In this document: piece after piece, positions 1 through 10,446 of the stretch | Layout: each line of letters starts with the position of its first letter | Position numbering within the stretch: position 1 is the first letter of the stretch | Virus record (IMG/VR): IMGVR_UViG_3300035670_000282 | Span: 1 to 53,220 of that record | Reading direction: 5' to 3' (one strand) | DNA length: 53,220 nucleotides | Source: a virus | Lineage: Duplodnaviria > Caudoviricetes | Notes under the pieces: model-generated | What the model was told of the DNA's origin: nothing | The model's database searches: none | What the model saw: the letters and a program-made list of their open reading frames with translations, nothing else | Program-made: the position numbers and the translations under genes

Positions 1-912
1 TGGATCTTCTAAACCATCATCTGTAGATTTAAACCATTCCCTATAGATTGGTAATGGAGGTACTCTAAGTTCTACTTGAGTAGGATCAGGAAGTAATTCA
101 GGAATAGTTCTACTAGATTCTAAATATTTAAAGATATGTACTTTCTGTACATCATCCCAGTAATAAGAAGTACCACCAGTATCTGTAGTTGTATATACAG
201 CTAGATACATGGTTTCTTCTGGAGGTAAAGGTACTCCAGTTATACTTTGAGTATATTGGTTATCATCATTAACATAAGTACCTTCCGGTACAAATCCCCA
301 ACCATCTTCAGTAATAGTATATGTTAAATTTATAGTAAGAGTATTAGTGTAAGTATTTCTATATGAACCAGCATACTCATAATTAGTAGTTCTAGTTATA
401 TTTCTAGTTTCTTCTGTAGTTGTAGTAGTTGTAGTTGTAGTACCATCAGGATTAGTTGTAGTAGTAGTTTCAGTTACAGTAACTGTAGTTTTATAATAAT
501 AAGTATCTCTATAACTTCCTGTATTAAATCCATATCCCATATTTTCAGCTAACCAAGTCTTAGCCCACACATCATCATCTGGTAATCCATAACCAAAAGC
601 TAAGATGGTTACACTACCTGAATGTTTAGTTTCTAAATACTTTATAAACTTATCTAAATTAGCATAAGTATATCTATAAGTTATATCAGGTAATTGGTGT
701 CTATACTTCTTTGGATCTTTAGCATAAGTTGTGTACTTCTCTAAAGAACCTCTAGGACCACTTAATGAAGCATCAAGAATAGTAGGTACTATCTGTCTAC
801 CAGTAAGTATTCCAGATACCATAACAGATACTAGATAATTCTTAGGAACATCTTCTAGAGCTTTACTAGAATCTACTCCATAATAGGTAACTTTCTTACT
901 AAATAAACCCAT
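1..912 (-). CDS. N4 gp53-like virion structural protein (5' part; runs off the window)
   Basis: ATG at 912, reads MGLFSKKVTYYGVDSS..., open towards the window edge; position downstream of gp54/gp55/MCP matches N4 order. Confidence 0.6.
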   Translation of the reverse strand, partial: MGLFSKKVTYYGVDSSKALEDVPKNYLVSVMVSGILTGRQIVPTILDASLSGPRGSLEKYTTYAKDPKKYRHQLPDITYRYTYANLDKFIKYLETKHSGSVTILAFGYGLPDDDVWAKTWLAENMGYGFNTGSYRDTYYYKTTVTVTETTTTTNPDGTTTTTTTTTEETRNITRTTNYEYAGSYRNTYTNTLTINLTYTITEDGWGFVPEGTYVNDDNQYTQSITGVPLPPEETMYLAVYTTTDTGGTSYYWDDVQKVHIFKYLESSRTIPELLPDPTQVELRVPPLPIYREWFKSTDDGLEDP

Positions 913-923
913 TAGAATTACCT

Positions 924-956
924 AAAAAATTCCCCTCAATTAAGAGGGGAAAATTA
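924..956 (-). terminator. Rho-independent terminator-like hairpin after the gp54-like gene
   Basis: CCCCTC-AATTAA-GAGGGG stem with an A-run at 924-928 (U-tract on the minus strand). Confidence 0.55.
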
Positions 957-964
957 ATTACCTA

Positions 965-1786
965 TTAAGTATTGGTTTTAGCTCTAGCCCAGAGTTCACT
1001 TATTACTGTATCTATTACACCACCAGAAGTATAGTTTCCTGGTTTACCTGTAATAGCTGGATCAGCAGTCATCATTACAGACCAACCATCTATAATGGTC
1101 TTAGCTGCCTTCTGCTCTGCATCTCTATTAAACCCAGTAGCCTGTTTATTATAAAGATCATATTGAGCTTTAATCAAACCACCAGAAGGATTAACAGTTT
1201 GTACTAATTCAGTAGCTTTCTTCTGTACTAATAGATCTTTCTCAGCTTTAATCTTATCTATCTGAGCAGTATTAACAGATACTGTAGAATTAGCTAAGTT
1301 GGTTTCATTAGTTATCTTAGCTCTTAACTCAAGAATCTGTTGTTCCATAAGAGCAATCTTCTTTTGCTCAGTAAGAACCATTTGAGTCTTAAGTTCAATT
1401 TCCTTAGTAGCAAGTTCAATTTCTTTTCCTTTTAGAACTAGCTCTTGCTGTCTAATAAGTAGTTCTTGATCTTTAATCTGTAGCTCTTTAGCTTTAAGTA
1501 AGATATTGGCATCTATCTCTGCTTCTTGCTTAATAGTTAAAGATGTTTGAGCTTTAATTAATTCTGCTTGAGCATCTGCTTGCTGTTTACCAAGAAGAAA
1601 CTGCATAGCCTGAGCCATAGCATACTGCATAGCTCCAAGATAAGCAGTTGCATAGTCAGATCCCTTAATTCTATCTTCCTGATACTGCTCTTCTAGTCTA
1701 GAACCAACAGCAGTCATTAATACATCAAATACACCTGTACCATCAACATAACCAGTAGTAAGATCTTCTATCTTAATTTCAGCCAT
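965..1786 (-). CDS. N4 gp54-like structural protein
   Basis: N-terminal GTGVFDVLM...RIKGSDYATAYLG, central coiled coil, C-terminal GFNRDAEQKAAK motif; synteny. Confidence 0.7.
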   Translation of the reverse strand: MAEIKIEDLTTGYVDGTGVFDVLMTAVGSRLEEQYQEDRIKGSDYATAYLGAMQYAMAQAMQFLLGKQQADAQAELIKAQTSLTIKQEAEIDANILLKAKELQIKDQELLIRQQELVLKGKEIELATKEIELKTQMVLTEQKKIALMEQQILELRAKITNETNLANSTVSVNTAQIDKIKAEKDLLVQKKATELVQTVNPSGGLIKAQYDLYNKQATGFNRDAEQKAAKTIIDGWSVMMTADPAITGKPGNYTSGGVIDTVISELWARAKTNT

Positions 1787-2397
1787 TACTCAGTACCTCC
1801 AGCCATAGCTTGCTTTCTAGCTAACTCTTTAAGTTGTTCCTTATTAAGAGGAGGTAGAATCTCAATAGCAAACTCAGGTACTAGTCTAGCTCTTCTAACC
1901 TTATTACCCTTATTGTCTAGTACTGTTTGGAATACTGAACACTTACGTTCCTTAAGAAACTCATACATAATCTTAGGAATATGCCAACCTTCAGCACCAG
2001 CATTGAAAGGTACATACTTCTTATAGGTTCCAACCTTTGCTGAACCAACAGAAATAATTTCACCTTCCCAGTCTTTCTTAGCTGGATTCATACAAGTAAT
2101 TCTACATCTAACTAGTTGGTCAGCTTCTCTCTTTCTATTCTTTACTTTTTCTTGTTGAAACTCTTTACTAGATAGTGCTTTTACTTTCTTTGGTTTAGCT
2201 TCCATTGGTTCTTCTTCTTCAGTATTCCCTTCTAAAGCATTATTAATCTTAGCTCTAAGCTTATCTACACCCGTATTAGGATGATATTTGATACCCATAA
2301 GGTCAGCCCTAGCCTTAAGTGCTTGAAGCTCATCAGTGGCTTCTACGTAGCTTACAGAGGTATCTTCTTCTACTTCATTCATCATTTCTTCAGACAT
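1786..2397 (-). CDS. N4 gp55-like protein
   Basis: ADLMGIKYHPNTGVDKLRAKIN and LVRCRITCMNPAKKDWEGEI motifs; start moved to ATG 2397, which has an AAGGT RBS. Confidence 0.75.
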   Translation of the reverse strand: MSEEMMNEVEEDTSVSYVEATDELQALKARADLMGIKYHPNTGVDKLRAKINNALEGNTEEEEPMEAKPKKVKALSSKEFQQEKVKNRKREADQLVRCRITCMNPAKKDWEGEIISVGSAKVGTYKKYVPFNAGAEGWHIPKIMYEFLKERKCSVFQTVLDNKGNKVRRARLVPEFAIEILPPLNKEQLKELARKQAMAGGTE

Positions 2398-2436
2398 GTC
2401 ACTTACCTTTTTATATGTGGGTGGAACCACGGTTAA

Positions 2437-3051
2437 TTAACTAATAGCATTATCAATATGATTCTGCCAAACAAATCCTCCTGCTGATTTCTTCTTTCCT
2501 TTACAAACTTTAATAATAGAACTTGGATCTATTCCTAATTCAAAAGCAGCTTCTCTAGCAGAAAACCAAATCTTAATAATCTTGCCAGTTTCTTTGTCTA
2601 TTTGGGCAGTTTTTATAGCTTTAGATTTAGCTGAATTTTCTTCTAAAGAAATCCATTGACAGTTTTCTTTGAAGTATCCTAATTTAGAAGATATTCGATC
2701 AATAGTTAAATCGTCACTATAACCTTCTTGCATATCTTCCCAAAAACCTTCAAAAGTATTCCATTTATCACAAACAGTTACTCCTTTAGCTCCATAATCT
2801 ACATAACTATCATGGTTTGGATTAGAGCAGCGTTGTTTCATATTTCCATGTATTCTTCTAGCTCTATCTAATGACTTATCAAACTTAGTTAATGGACTAC
2901 AGTTATTGCCAGTACTACCACAACTTTGTAATTTTAATCCATTGTAATAAGGTTTTTCTACTTCTTGATTACAGTAAGAGCATTTAAATAATCCAAATCT
3001 AACTTTTGAATTACCATACTCTCTCATATCTAACTTTCTAATCAATAACAT
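2437..3051 (-). CDS. Free-standing HNH-type homing endonuclease with C-terminal NUMOD1 DNA-binding domain
   Basis: MKQRCSNPN..YGAKGVTVCDKW..LTIDRI...ENCQW; C-terminal SAREAAFELGIDPSSIIKVCKGKKKSAGGFVW. Confidence 0.85.
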   Translation of the reverse strand: MLLIRKLDMREYGNSKVRFGLFKCSYCNQEVEKPYYNGLKLQSCGSTGNNCSPLTKFDKSLDRARRIHGNMKQRCSNPNHDSYVDYGAKGVTVCDKWNTFEGFWEDMQEGYSDDLTIDRISSKLGYFKENCQWISLEENSAKSKAIKTAQIDKETGKIIKIWFSAREAAFELGIDPSSIIKVCKGKKKSAGGFVWQNHIDNAIS

Positions 3052-3080
3052 ACTGCCTACTCCTAATTAAAGAAGTAGGC

Positions 3081-3109
3081 AGTATAGTTCAAAAGTCCCT
3101 ATTTGTCAA
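3081..3109 (-). promoter_or_regulatory. Sigma70-type promoter for the homing endonuclease
   Basis: TTGACA-17 nt-TATACT on the minus strand. Confidence 0.75.
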
Positions 3110-3117
3110 TGGAACCC

Positions 3118-4614
3118 TTACCACTCTGCAAGCGAGTAAGTTAGGGCAATGTGCTCCGGTCTAAGTACCATGAACCCATACCACCATTTTATACTGAAAA
3201 ATCCAGTCTCACCATAAGGATCTTGAGTGGTGTGATTCTGAGCAGGAGGTACATGCTTGGTCTTAAACTTAACAGACTTACCGCTAGTCTGGAAACCAAT
3301 AGTGGTAAAGGAACCACTACCAACAACCAGCATAGGATAAACATTATAAGCGAAACCAGCACCATCAGCAGTAGAAGCATAACGGAAGAGAGTAGTCTCT
3401 TCAGCAGCATCAGCTACAGCACTACCAGCAGCATCCCAATGCATCATCTCAGGAACAACAATGAAGCGATAGTTATCTACTGCACCTACTTCACCTCTAG
3501 CTACCTGACCAGCAGAAGCATAACTAGCTACAGGAATAAATGCCTTATTACCATGATAGTCAGTCATCTTCATAATAGTAGGAAGAAGCTCAGAACCAAT
3601 ATAGATATACCGAGCAGCATTAACTACCTTGGTATCAACCATACGGCTACCAGAGATGAGAGTAGTATTCTTAGGACAACGGTTGTTATCTAGCTCAATA
3701 GAGCCCTTAACAAGGTCATCATAAGTAATAACATCATTGTTAGCATAGGTAGCATCATCACCATTAATAGTAGCTACAGAAGTAGCAGCACCAGGATAAC
3801 GAACTACACCAGCAGCATTGAGAAGGTCAATCTGAAGCTGATCTTCAGTCATCTCATTAGCAGCCTTAACTACTTCCTGAGTCAGATGCATCATCAGCTC
3901 AGAGTCAGTATCAAAGTCCATAGAATCCTGAGTGTACTCAGTGAAGAAGCCGAACTTCTCAATAGTACCTTCAAGTTCAATACGCTTCATACCAACACGA
4001 TTGACTCTACCACCAGTTTCAGACAGAGTAGGAATCTTACCCTGAATAGTACCTACATCCTTACTAGAACCATAAAGATTACCATAGTTACTATCATCAG
4101 TAGCAGCAATAGAAGTAACAGTGTAATCAGCACCAATAGCAGTTACAAATGCAGCATAAGAAGCAGCAGCATCAGTAGCAATATTAGTAATTGCACCAGG
4201 AACATAGCCTTCATTAGCAGCCCAAGCATTAAAATTAGCTTGTGCTTCTAGCAGTGCAGCAGCAGCACTAGTAGTGGAATCACCACGGAAGTACATGGTT
4301 TGGGATACAGGTTGACCTGCTCTTAGAACAGAAATATATGCAACCTTCTTAGCAGTAGCAGAAGCTAAAGCACCAGTAGCATCAATACCCATATCGTTAA
4401 GGTTACGATCATCCAGAATAGGAAGATAGTGGTATTGCTTAATGGTCTTACCCATGTTCTTAGGCATAGCTCTGGCATTAGCCATCTGACCAAAGTAAGT
4501 TTCTTTAGCAGCTTCTACTAGAGCCTTCTTATAAATATAATCAGTACGAAGCTGATTACCTACAGTAGAAGAAGAACCTCCTACTGGATCGTTATACATC
4601 ATCCCATTAGCCAT
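3118..4614 (-). CDS. Major capsid protein (N4 gp56 family)
   Basis: MPKNMGKTIK.YHYLPILDDRN.ND.GIDA, GNLYGSSKD, LSETGGRVNRVG, DPYGETGFFSIKWWYG motifs. Confidence 0.95.
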   Translation of the reverse strand: MANGMMYNDPVGGSSSTVGNQLRTDYIYKKALVEAAKETYFGQMANARAMPKNMGKTIKQYHYLPILDDRNLNDMGIDATGALASATAKKVAYISVLRAGQPVSQTMYFRGDSTTSAAAALLEAQANFNAWAANEGYVPGAITNIATDAAASYAAFVTAIGADYTVTSIAATDDSNYGNLYGSSKDVGTIQGKIPTLSETGGRVNRVGMKRIELEGTIEKFGFFTEYTQDSMDFDTDSELMMHLTQEVVKAANEMTEDQLQIDLLNAAGVVRYPGAATSVATINGDDATYANNDVITYDDLVKGSIELDNNRCPKNTTLISGSRMVDTKVVNAARYIYIGSELLPTIMKMTDYHGNKAFIPVASYASAGQVARGEVGAVDNYRFIVVPEMMHWDAAGSAVADAAEETTLFRYASTADGAGFAYNVYPMLVVGSGSFTTIGFQTSGKSVKFKTKHVPPAQNHTTQDPYGETGFFSIKWWYGFMVLRPEHIALTYSLAEW

Positions 4615-4635
4615 GATAAATCACCTATAATAATA

Positions 4636-5712
4636 TTAAATATATTTACTACTCATAATCTTCTCAAACTCTTCATCACTCATATCAAGTGGGTTAAAGT
4701 CATCTGAAGCTTTAGTAGTCGCATTACTTTTTGTAGAACTAGCAGCTTTCTTCCGTTTTGCAACAGAAGGATCTACTTTATTGGTTGCTTTAATATTACT
4801 AGCAGTGAATGTTCCTGCTTGGGTTGGGTTATTAAAACCTCCCTGAGCTTGAATTGCATCACCCACTTGTTTATAAGCTTCAATATCAGATAGGCCAACA
4901 AGCCTGCCTAACATGCGCTCTCGTTCTACTACTGACTGGATCTTTTCATAGATACCAGCTTGTACATGTTCATTGATAATCTTAATTAAAACTGGATTAT
5001 CAAGAATTACTTTCTTACTTGGTTCATCCCACTTATTGCCAATAACATCAGCAGTCACTTTAAAAGATTCTGTGTCCTTAATTTCATCAAGTACAGAATC
5101 TAGTTCTAACTCTTTGTCACTAACAGTGTAAGCTTTGGGCTGATACTTTTCAGCATTATCCATATCTAAATCTAAAGGATCTATATTAGAATCTTTTAGA
5201 AATTTAGTTACCGCATTTGGATCTTTTCTACTTAGGTCAATTAGAAAACTAATCTTACCTTCATCTAAAAGTCCATTATTTTCTAAGAGCTTTACTATCT
5301 TTAGATTAGGCGCTAGAGCCTTCATCTTCTTAGTATAGTTAGCTCCCATTTGCATAAGCTGTCTAGCATCTTCAATACTAGAAACTTGCATCTCTTTACC
5401 ATTAGCTTTAAATGGAGCTAATAGCTTCTCATACTCTTGCTTATAATCTAACTCTGTAGCTTCCTCAGAGGCTGTAGAATCGTCTGTATCATCCTCATCA
5501 GTACTGTCCCCTTCCTCATCATCAGAAAGAGGCTCAGAGACCGTTTGGGAGGCTTCTACATCTTCTTCTTCATCGGTTCCTTCATCGGAGCTTTCTTCTT
5601 GTTGCACTTCTTCTTCATTGGAAGATTCCTCTAATTTAGAATAATACTCATCTATTTCATCATCTGGAATATCTAAAATATCTATTTCTTCTTCAGTTTG
5701 GTTCTCATCCAT
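4636..5712 (-). CDS. N4 gp57-like protein (scaffold-like; often annotated as tape measure)
   Basis: Acidic N-terminus, PFKANGKEMQV..LMQMGANYTKKM, C-terminal NPLDMSDEEF; directly upstream of MCP. Confidence 0.8.
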   Translation of the reverse strand: MDENQTEEEIDILDIPDDEIDEYYSKLEESSNEEEVQQEESSDEGTDEEEDVEASQTVSEPLSDDEEGDSTDEDDTDDSTASEEATELDYKQEYEKLLAPFKANGKEMQVSSIEDARQLMQMGANYTKKMKALAPNLKIVKLLENNGLLDEGKISFLIDLSRKDPNAVTKFLKDSNIDPLDLDMDNAEKYQPKAYTVSDKELELDSVLDEIKDTESFKVTADVIGNKWDEPSKKVILDNPVLIKIINEHVQAGIYEKIQSVVERERMLGRLVGLSDIEAYKQVGDAIQAQGGFNNPTQAGTFTASNIKATNKVDPSVAKRKKAASSTKSNATTKASDDFNPLDMSDEEFEKIMSSKYI

Positions 5713-5713
5713 A

Positions 5714-6058
5714 TTAAGACTCCAGTTCCTCAGACATGAGTTCTTCTCTTACTTCTTCATCTTCTTTAAGAGACTTCTCAGCCATTCTACCTAACTGGAA
5801 TATAGTAGCTAAATATTGTCTGAAATAACCAATAGCCAGAATACTATTATCAATCTGTCTCTGATCTTCTGCACTCTGTAAACTAGGATCAGCCTTTAGT
5901 AATACTAATCTACTAGCTTCTTCTACAAAGTATCCATCATCAATAACTTTCTTAAAGTCCTTATTCTTAGTTAGCTTTAGTAGACTATTCATTTTGTCTA
6001 CAGTTTCCTTTCCCTGCTTAATACTAATTTCAATAGTTTCTATATTCTGGTCAGTCAT
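5714..6058 (-). CDS. N4 gp58-like protein
   Basis: NKDFKKVIDDGYF..EASRLV motif; lies between portal and gp57. Confidence 0.7.
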   Translation of the reverse strand: MTDQNIETIEISIKQGKETVDKMNSLLKLTKNKDFKKVIDDGYFVEEASRLVLLKADPSLQSAEDQRQIDNSILAIGYFRQYLATIFQLGRMAEKSLKEDEEVREELMSEELES

Positions 6059-6113
6059 TTCGTGTGTCCTCTATAAAGAGATATATTAAAAGTAATTTAT
6101 TATTAGTAATAAA

Positions 6114-8273
6114 TCAAGTTTCTTTGGATTTAGCTTCCTGAGATTTAATTAAAGCATCTACTGCTTTTAAATCTAAGTTAGCTTTTCTATCAAATTCCTT
6201 CTTAGCTATCTCCTTCTCTACATCTACACCTCGTTCTTTATGAATGAAGTCTAGATCCTTTAGATCAGCTTCTGAACCAACTGCTCTAGCCTTAGCTAGT
6301 TCAGCTTGAGTCTTAGCTGACTTAAGTTCTACATCTACTTGGTTCTCTGCACCCTTAGCTCTTTCGTTCTGTACTTGTGCTTCAAGTAGAGCCATCTGTA
6401 GTTCTTGCATCTTCTGAGCCATAGGATCAGGCTGAGGTTGATATGTTTCAATCTTCTTAGCTAGATCAGGCATCTTTCTCAGTCTAGCTATATCAGCTAA
6501 TATCATTTGGCTCATATCCATAGGCATTGAATTACCCATAGTCTGAAGCATGAATGCTAATTCCTGAGCTTTCTGATTATCAGCTTCAGCAGTACTAATA
6601 GTTAATTTAAGATCAAAATTACCAGGAAGATCATCTCTCTTAACAGTTACAAACTCTTCATTAGTAACTCTTACTATTTCTTCCTCAGAAAGAAATTCAC
6701 CATTCATGGCTATAATCTTTCTACCTATCTCTACTATTCCATTAGCTAATCTTCTCAGAATACCTAGCTCTCTCTTAGATGCTGCATCTAATGCTCCTCT
6801 AATACCAGCAGCAACATCACCTAAAGCAGCAGAACCAATACCTGAACTATAAGCTTTTACACCAGTAAGTGATTCAGCTTCCATGTTCTGTAGATTAATC
6901 ATGTATTGTGCAGACTGAGGTATTTCAGGATATGTATGCATATACATAGCCTGTCTCGGATCTACATTAACATTAAATTCATAATCTAATCCCTTATCAA
7001 ACTTTCTTTTATTAGTTACATCTAAAGCATCCTTTCTTACTCCCATCTGTCCATTAGCACTTCTACCCATAATATCAATCATGCCACGGGTAACAGCACC
7101 TATAATCTTTTGGTTATCTTCTAATAATGCACCATCTGGTTCACCATAGATAGACTTACGAACAGGTAAATACTGTACTACTACAAAGGGTAATTTCTTA
7201 TCAGGGAATGGGTTTTCTTCCATTCTAATAATAGTATCACCAACCCATGTAACTACTATTGGTTCAGCAATACCATCTCCATCTATATCCCAGTATCCCC
7301 AATACTCATAAGCTACAAACTTCTGTCTAGGCTTATCTTTAAATCTAAAACCAGAATCATCCTCTGTTGCATAATCTGGTTCTTCAATAGGACTAAGTAG
7401 AGTAGATTCTTTAATCTTATCTAAGTTTTTATACTTACCATCTTTCTTTAATTCAGAAAGAGAAGTTTCAAAACTATAAATAATAAAATTAGCTTTATCT
7501 GTATCACCTTCACATGTGGGATCAATAATAACATTATTATAATCACAAATGTCAATAGTAGGTTGGTTTCTAATAACCTTAAGCTCTGTAACCATCTCAG
7601 TACCAGTTTGTACTGGTTGTAATGGCATACCAGCTTGCATACTCATCTGAATAGCCTGTTGCATCTCAGGAGGTATCTGTTGAGCAGCATTAGGATCTTG
7701 CTGTAAAGCTTGAGCCATAGCTTGTAACTGTTGTACATAAGCAGGATCTTGAGAAGGAACAAACTCAATAATAGGTTGTTCTACTTCTACTTCCTCTTCT
7801 TCATAATCCCAACCTACTCTACAAATTACTGTACCTTCATCTACAGCAGTTCTTACATATTCATCTATAAAACTAACCTTTTTAATCTTAGTATTGAATT
7901 GATTATTTAATACTAATTGGTTCTGTATAGCTGCTTGTTTGTCTTCCCAAGTAACAGGATTAACATCAAATAAATCTTCTGTAGATAAGAAAGCTTCTGA
8001 TAAAGCTGCATATCTCCATTCAGCTTGCTTCCTAATAAGCTTAGGAACAATCTTAGATCTACCTGGCTTAGACTCTACTAAAGCTTTACCTCTAACATAT
8101 AAATTATCTAACCAAGTATTAATCTTGGTTACTTGACCATCATGTGAGGTTTGAGATTCTTGGTAATCTTGTTTTAAATCACTTAACTTTGGTGGATTCT
8201 TCCATGAGGTAAAACCATCTTCTACTTCTTCTGTAGAATTATTTTCCTCTAGTTCTAATTCTTCATCATTCAT
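6114..8273 (-). CDS. Portal protein (N4 gp59 family)
   Basis: PKLIRKQAEWRYAALSE, AYEYWGYWDIDGDG, IRMEENPFPDKKLPFVV, GRSANGQ motifs. Confidence 0.95.
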   Translation of the reverse strand: MNDEELELEENNSTEEVEDGFTSWKNPPKLSDLKQDYQESQTSHDGQVTKINTWLDNLYVRGKALVESKPGRSKIVPKLIRKQAEWRYAALSEAFLSTEDLFDVNPVTWEDKQAAIQNQLVLNNQFNTKIKKVSFIDEYVRTAVDEGTVICRVGWDYEEEEVEVEQPIIEFVPSQDPAYVQQLQAMAQALQQDPNAAQQIPPEMQQAIQMSMQAGMPLQPVQTGTEMVTELKVIRNQPTIDICDYNNVIIDPTCEGDTDKANFIIYSFETSLSELKKDGKYKNLDKIKESTLLSPIEEPDYATEDDSGFRFKDKPRQKFVAYEYWGYWDIDGDGIAEPIVVTWVGDTIIRMEENPFPDKKLPFVVVQYLPVRKSIYGEPDGALLEDNQKIIGAVTRGMIDIMGRSANGQMGVRKDALDVTNKRKFDKGLDYEFNVNVDPRQAMYMHTYPEIPQSAQYMINLQNMEAESLTGVKAYSSGIGSAALGDVAAGIRGALDAASKRELGILRRLANGIVEIGRKIIAMNGEFLSEEEIVRVTNEEFVTVKRDDLPGNFDLKLTISTAEADNQKAQELAFMLQTMGNSMPMDMSQMILADIARLRKMPDLAKKIETYQPQPDPMAQKMQELQMALLEAQVQNERAKGAENQVDVELKSAKTQAELAKARAVGSEADLKDLDFIHKERGVDVEKEIAKKEFDRKANLDLKAVDALIKSQEAKSKET

Positions 8274-8279
8274 AAATAA

Positions 8280-10076
8280 TTACCAAGTAGTAAGAGGACT
8301 TCTAACCCAAGTATCAGTAGCTATACATACATAGATATAATTAGCATCCCATGTAATAGTACCAGCTATTCCTGTAGATGTAGCACTAGCAGGAGGATTA
8401 CTTGTGTGTAAAGTATCAAATAAGGTTTTCTCTTCAGCAGTTAAATGCTGGTATCCATCTACATTTAAACCAGATAGATTATTATGGCTTGGAATATCTA
8501 TAGCTGCAAATGCATGATCAAAAGCAGATCTAATGTTAACTATTGTACCTGTATCTTCATATATAGTAACTACACCTACTAATATGCCCATACTTGTTAA
8601 TACAGGAGGTAAGTTAGTAGGAGGAGCTTCATTAGTAGCTTCAGCTAGAGTAGCATATTGGTTCTGACCATAGACTACAGCATAAGCATTAGTAGCAGTA
8701 CCAAATACAGAATATATCCATTGATTAGAATAATACTTATTACTTAAAGTAGATAAACCAGTGTCTACTAGATTATATTGAGTTGGATTAATAATAGTAG
8801 CATTAGTAGCTACCCAATTAGTACCTTTATGGTAATAGGTAAAACTAGCTCCTTCTGCTAATGCTCCATGAATAAACTCATTTAAACCAAACCAATATTT
8901 ACCAGCAGTACATGAAATACTTAAACCAGTATGTGCAACTAATGCACCTTCTGCTCTAACAAACTTTTCTGTATAGAAACTTCTTTTTCTAAATTTAGCA
9001 TTACAGTCAGTATTATCATTACTAACATTTAGTATATTAACTGTCTCTCCATTTCTATAGATAATGGCTACAGGTATTTTATCAGAGACATTAATTTCTG
9101 TTGAATCAGTAGTAGATGCCCAAATAGGAGTACCAGCATTGTAATCCAAATAAACAAATGAAGTACTCAGATCAGGAATAATTAGAGAAGTATCTTCAGC
9201 AATTGAACCAGAATATAAGACTCCAGTACCATCTGAAGTAGATCTAATATAATACTCACCACCAGTAATACTTAACTGCCCACCACCAATATAGAATACT
9301 GCCATTGGTGAAGTAAAACCAGAACTATGAAATAATCCTATTACTTCTTGTAAGTTTTTATTATTAATAGGAGAACCAATAACATTACTATTAACTACAG
9401 AGTTTAATGGTTGAGTACCAGTATGGTTGGTTCTATCTCTATCAGAATCATGGAAATGAAGAGCAGTATTTAATTCACTAGTTAATGCATCTGCATCTGT
9501 AATAGTAATATTATTAACCTGAGCTGCTTCTTCTATACCATTTAATTTGGTTTCTAATTCAGTAGTAAAAGATGCTGTAGTATTACTAAGAGTTAAAGAA
9601 TAACCTTGAACAGTAGAATTAATATTACTTGTATAAAGTAAATTTGCAGTATCTATATTATCTAATTGGGTTTTATACTCAGTAGTAAATGAAGCAGTAG
9701 TATTATAAAGAATACTATTATAAGGCTGTACTAAGTTAAATTCTGTATTTTCAGGATTACCTATATTAGCTACATATAAGATATTGGGTTGATCTAAACC
9801 AATAACATCAGAAGCTTCTACTACCACATCATCTAAAGTAAAATGAATAGTAGTATCTTCTTCATGTGACTTACTAGCATATCTAGCATCACCTCTAGTA
9901 ATATTTAAATACTGAGGATGATCATCTGAACCAAGATTAATAGCTAAACTATGGTCTGCAATATAATTACCTAATGGAGGACCATCAGATAGTGTTTGAA
10001 CAATAATATCGCTAGTATCAGATACAGGAATAGTTACTTCATCAGATCCAATATCAGTAATAGTAACTGTAGTCAT
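8280..10076 (-). CDS. Tail fibre/appendage protein
   Basis: DDHPQYL, RTNHTGTQ and C-terminal PPASATSTG..GTITWDANYIYVCIATDTW fibre motifs; Thr/Asn rich. Confidence 0.65.
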   Translation of the reverse strand: MTTVTITDIGSDEVTIPVSDTSDIIVQTLSDGPPLGNYIADHSLAINLGSDDHPQYLNITRGDARYASKSHEEDTTIHFTLDDVVVEASDVIGLDQPNILYVANIGNPENTEFNLVQPYNSILYNTTASFTTEYKTQLDNIDTANLLYTSNINSTVQGYSLTLSNTTASFTTELETKLNGIEEAAQVNNITITDADALTSELNTALHFHDSDRDRTNHTGTQPLNSVVNSNVIGSPINNKNLQEVIGLFHSSGFTSPMAVFYIGGGQLSITGGEYYIRSTSDGTGVLYSGSIAEDTSLIIPDLSTSFVYLDYNAGTPIWASTTDSTEINVSDKIPVAIIYRNGETVNILNVSNDNTDCNAKFRKRSFYTEKFVRAEGALVAHTGLSISCTAGKYWFGLNEFIHGALAEGASFTYYHKGTNWVATNATIINPTQYNLVDTGLSTLSNKYYSNQWIYSVFGTATNAYAVVYGQNQYATLAEATNEAPPTNLPPVLTSMGILVGVVTIYEDTGTIVNIRSAFDHAFAAIDIPSHNNLSGLNVDGYQHLTAEEKTLFDTLHTSNPPASATSTGIAGTITWDANYIYVCIATDTWVRSPLTTW

Positions 10077-10415
10077 TTACTTTAAATCCTTAAAACAAGT
10101 AACCTTACCTACATTGGCTAAACCAGTTCTAATAAGAGTAGTAGTCTCTCCATCTAGTACTCTCTTAATAGTTACATAATATTGCCCTGGAGGTATATTA
10201 ACTGACTCTTGAGAGGTTACTGGAATATAAGCAATACCATTAGCAGAATCAGTAGATAAAGCTACAGTAATAGATTTATTAAGTACTGGATCAACTGCTT
10301 CAGATTTAGCTAGAGTTAAAGTTAGTACAGCACCAGTAATATTAATTATTGGATTATGTCTAATCTTAACTTTAAAGCTATCTCCCTGCACAAAGTCTTT
10401 AATTGGTTTGATCAT
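10077..10415 (-). CDS. Small beta-rich virion protein (BppU N-terminal-like)
   Basis: QGDSFK...NITGA...ANGIAYI.VT..ES..IPPGQYY pattern. Confidence 0.5.
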   Translation of the reverse strand: MIKPIKDFVQGDSFKVKIRHNPIINITGAVLTLTLAKSEAVDPVLNKSITVALSTDSANGIAYIPVTSQESVNIPPGQYYVTIKRVLDGETTTLIRTGLANVGKVTCFKDLK

Positions 10416-10446
10416 GTAAGCCTCTGAGAGCGTCTGTGAGAGGACT

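Noticed and set aside
3151-4251. Plus-strand ORFs (3151-3693, 3886-4251) and an alternative-frame ORF (3189-3410) within the capsid gene
   Set aside because: Shadow ORFs produced by the codon bias of a highly expressed gene; Ser/Ile-rich, no RBS or motifs
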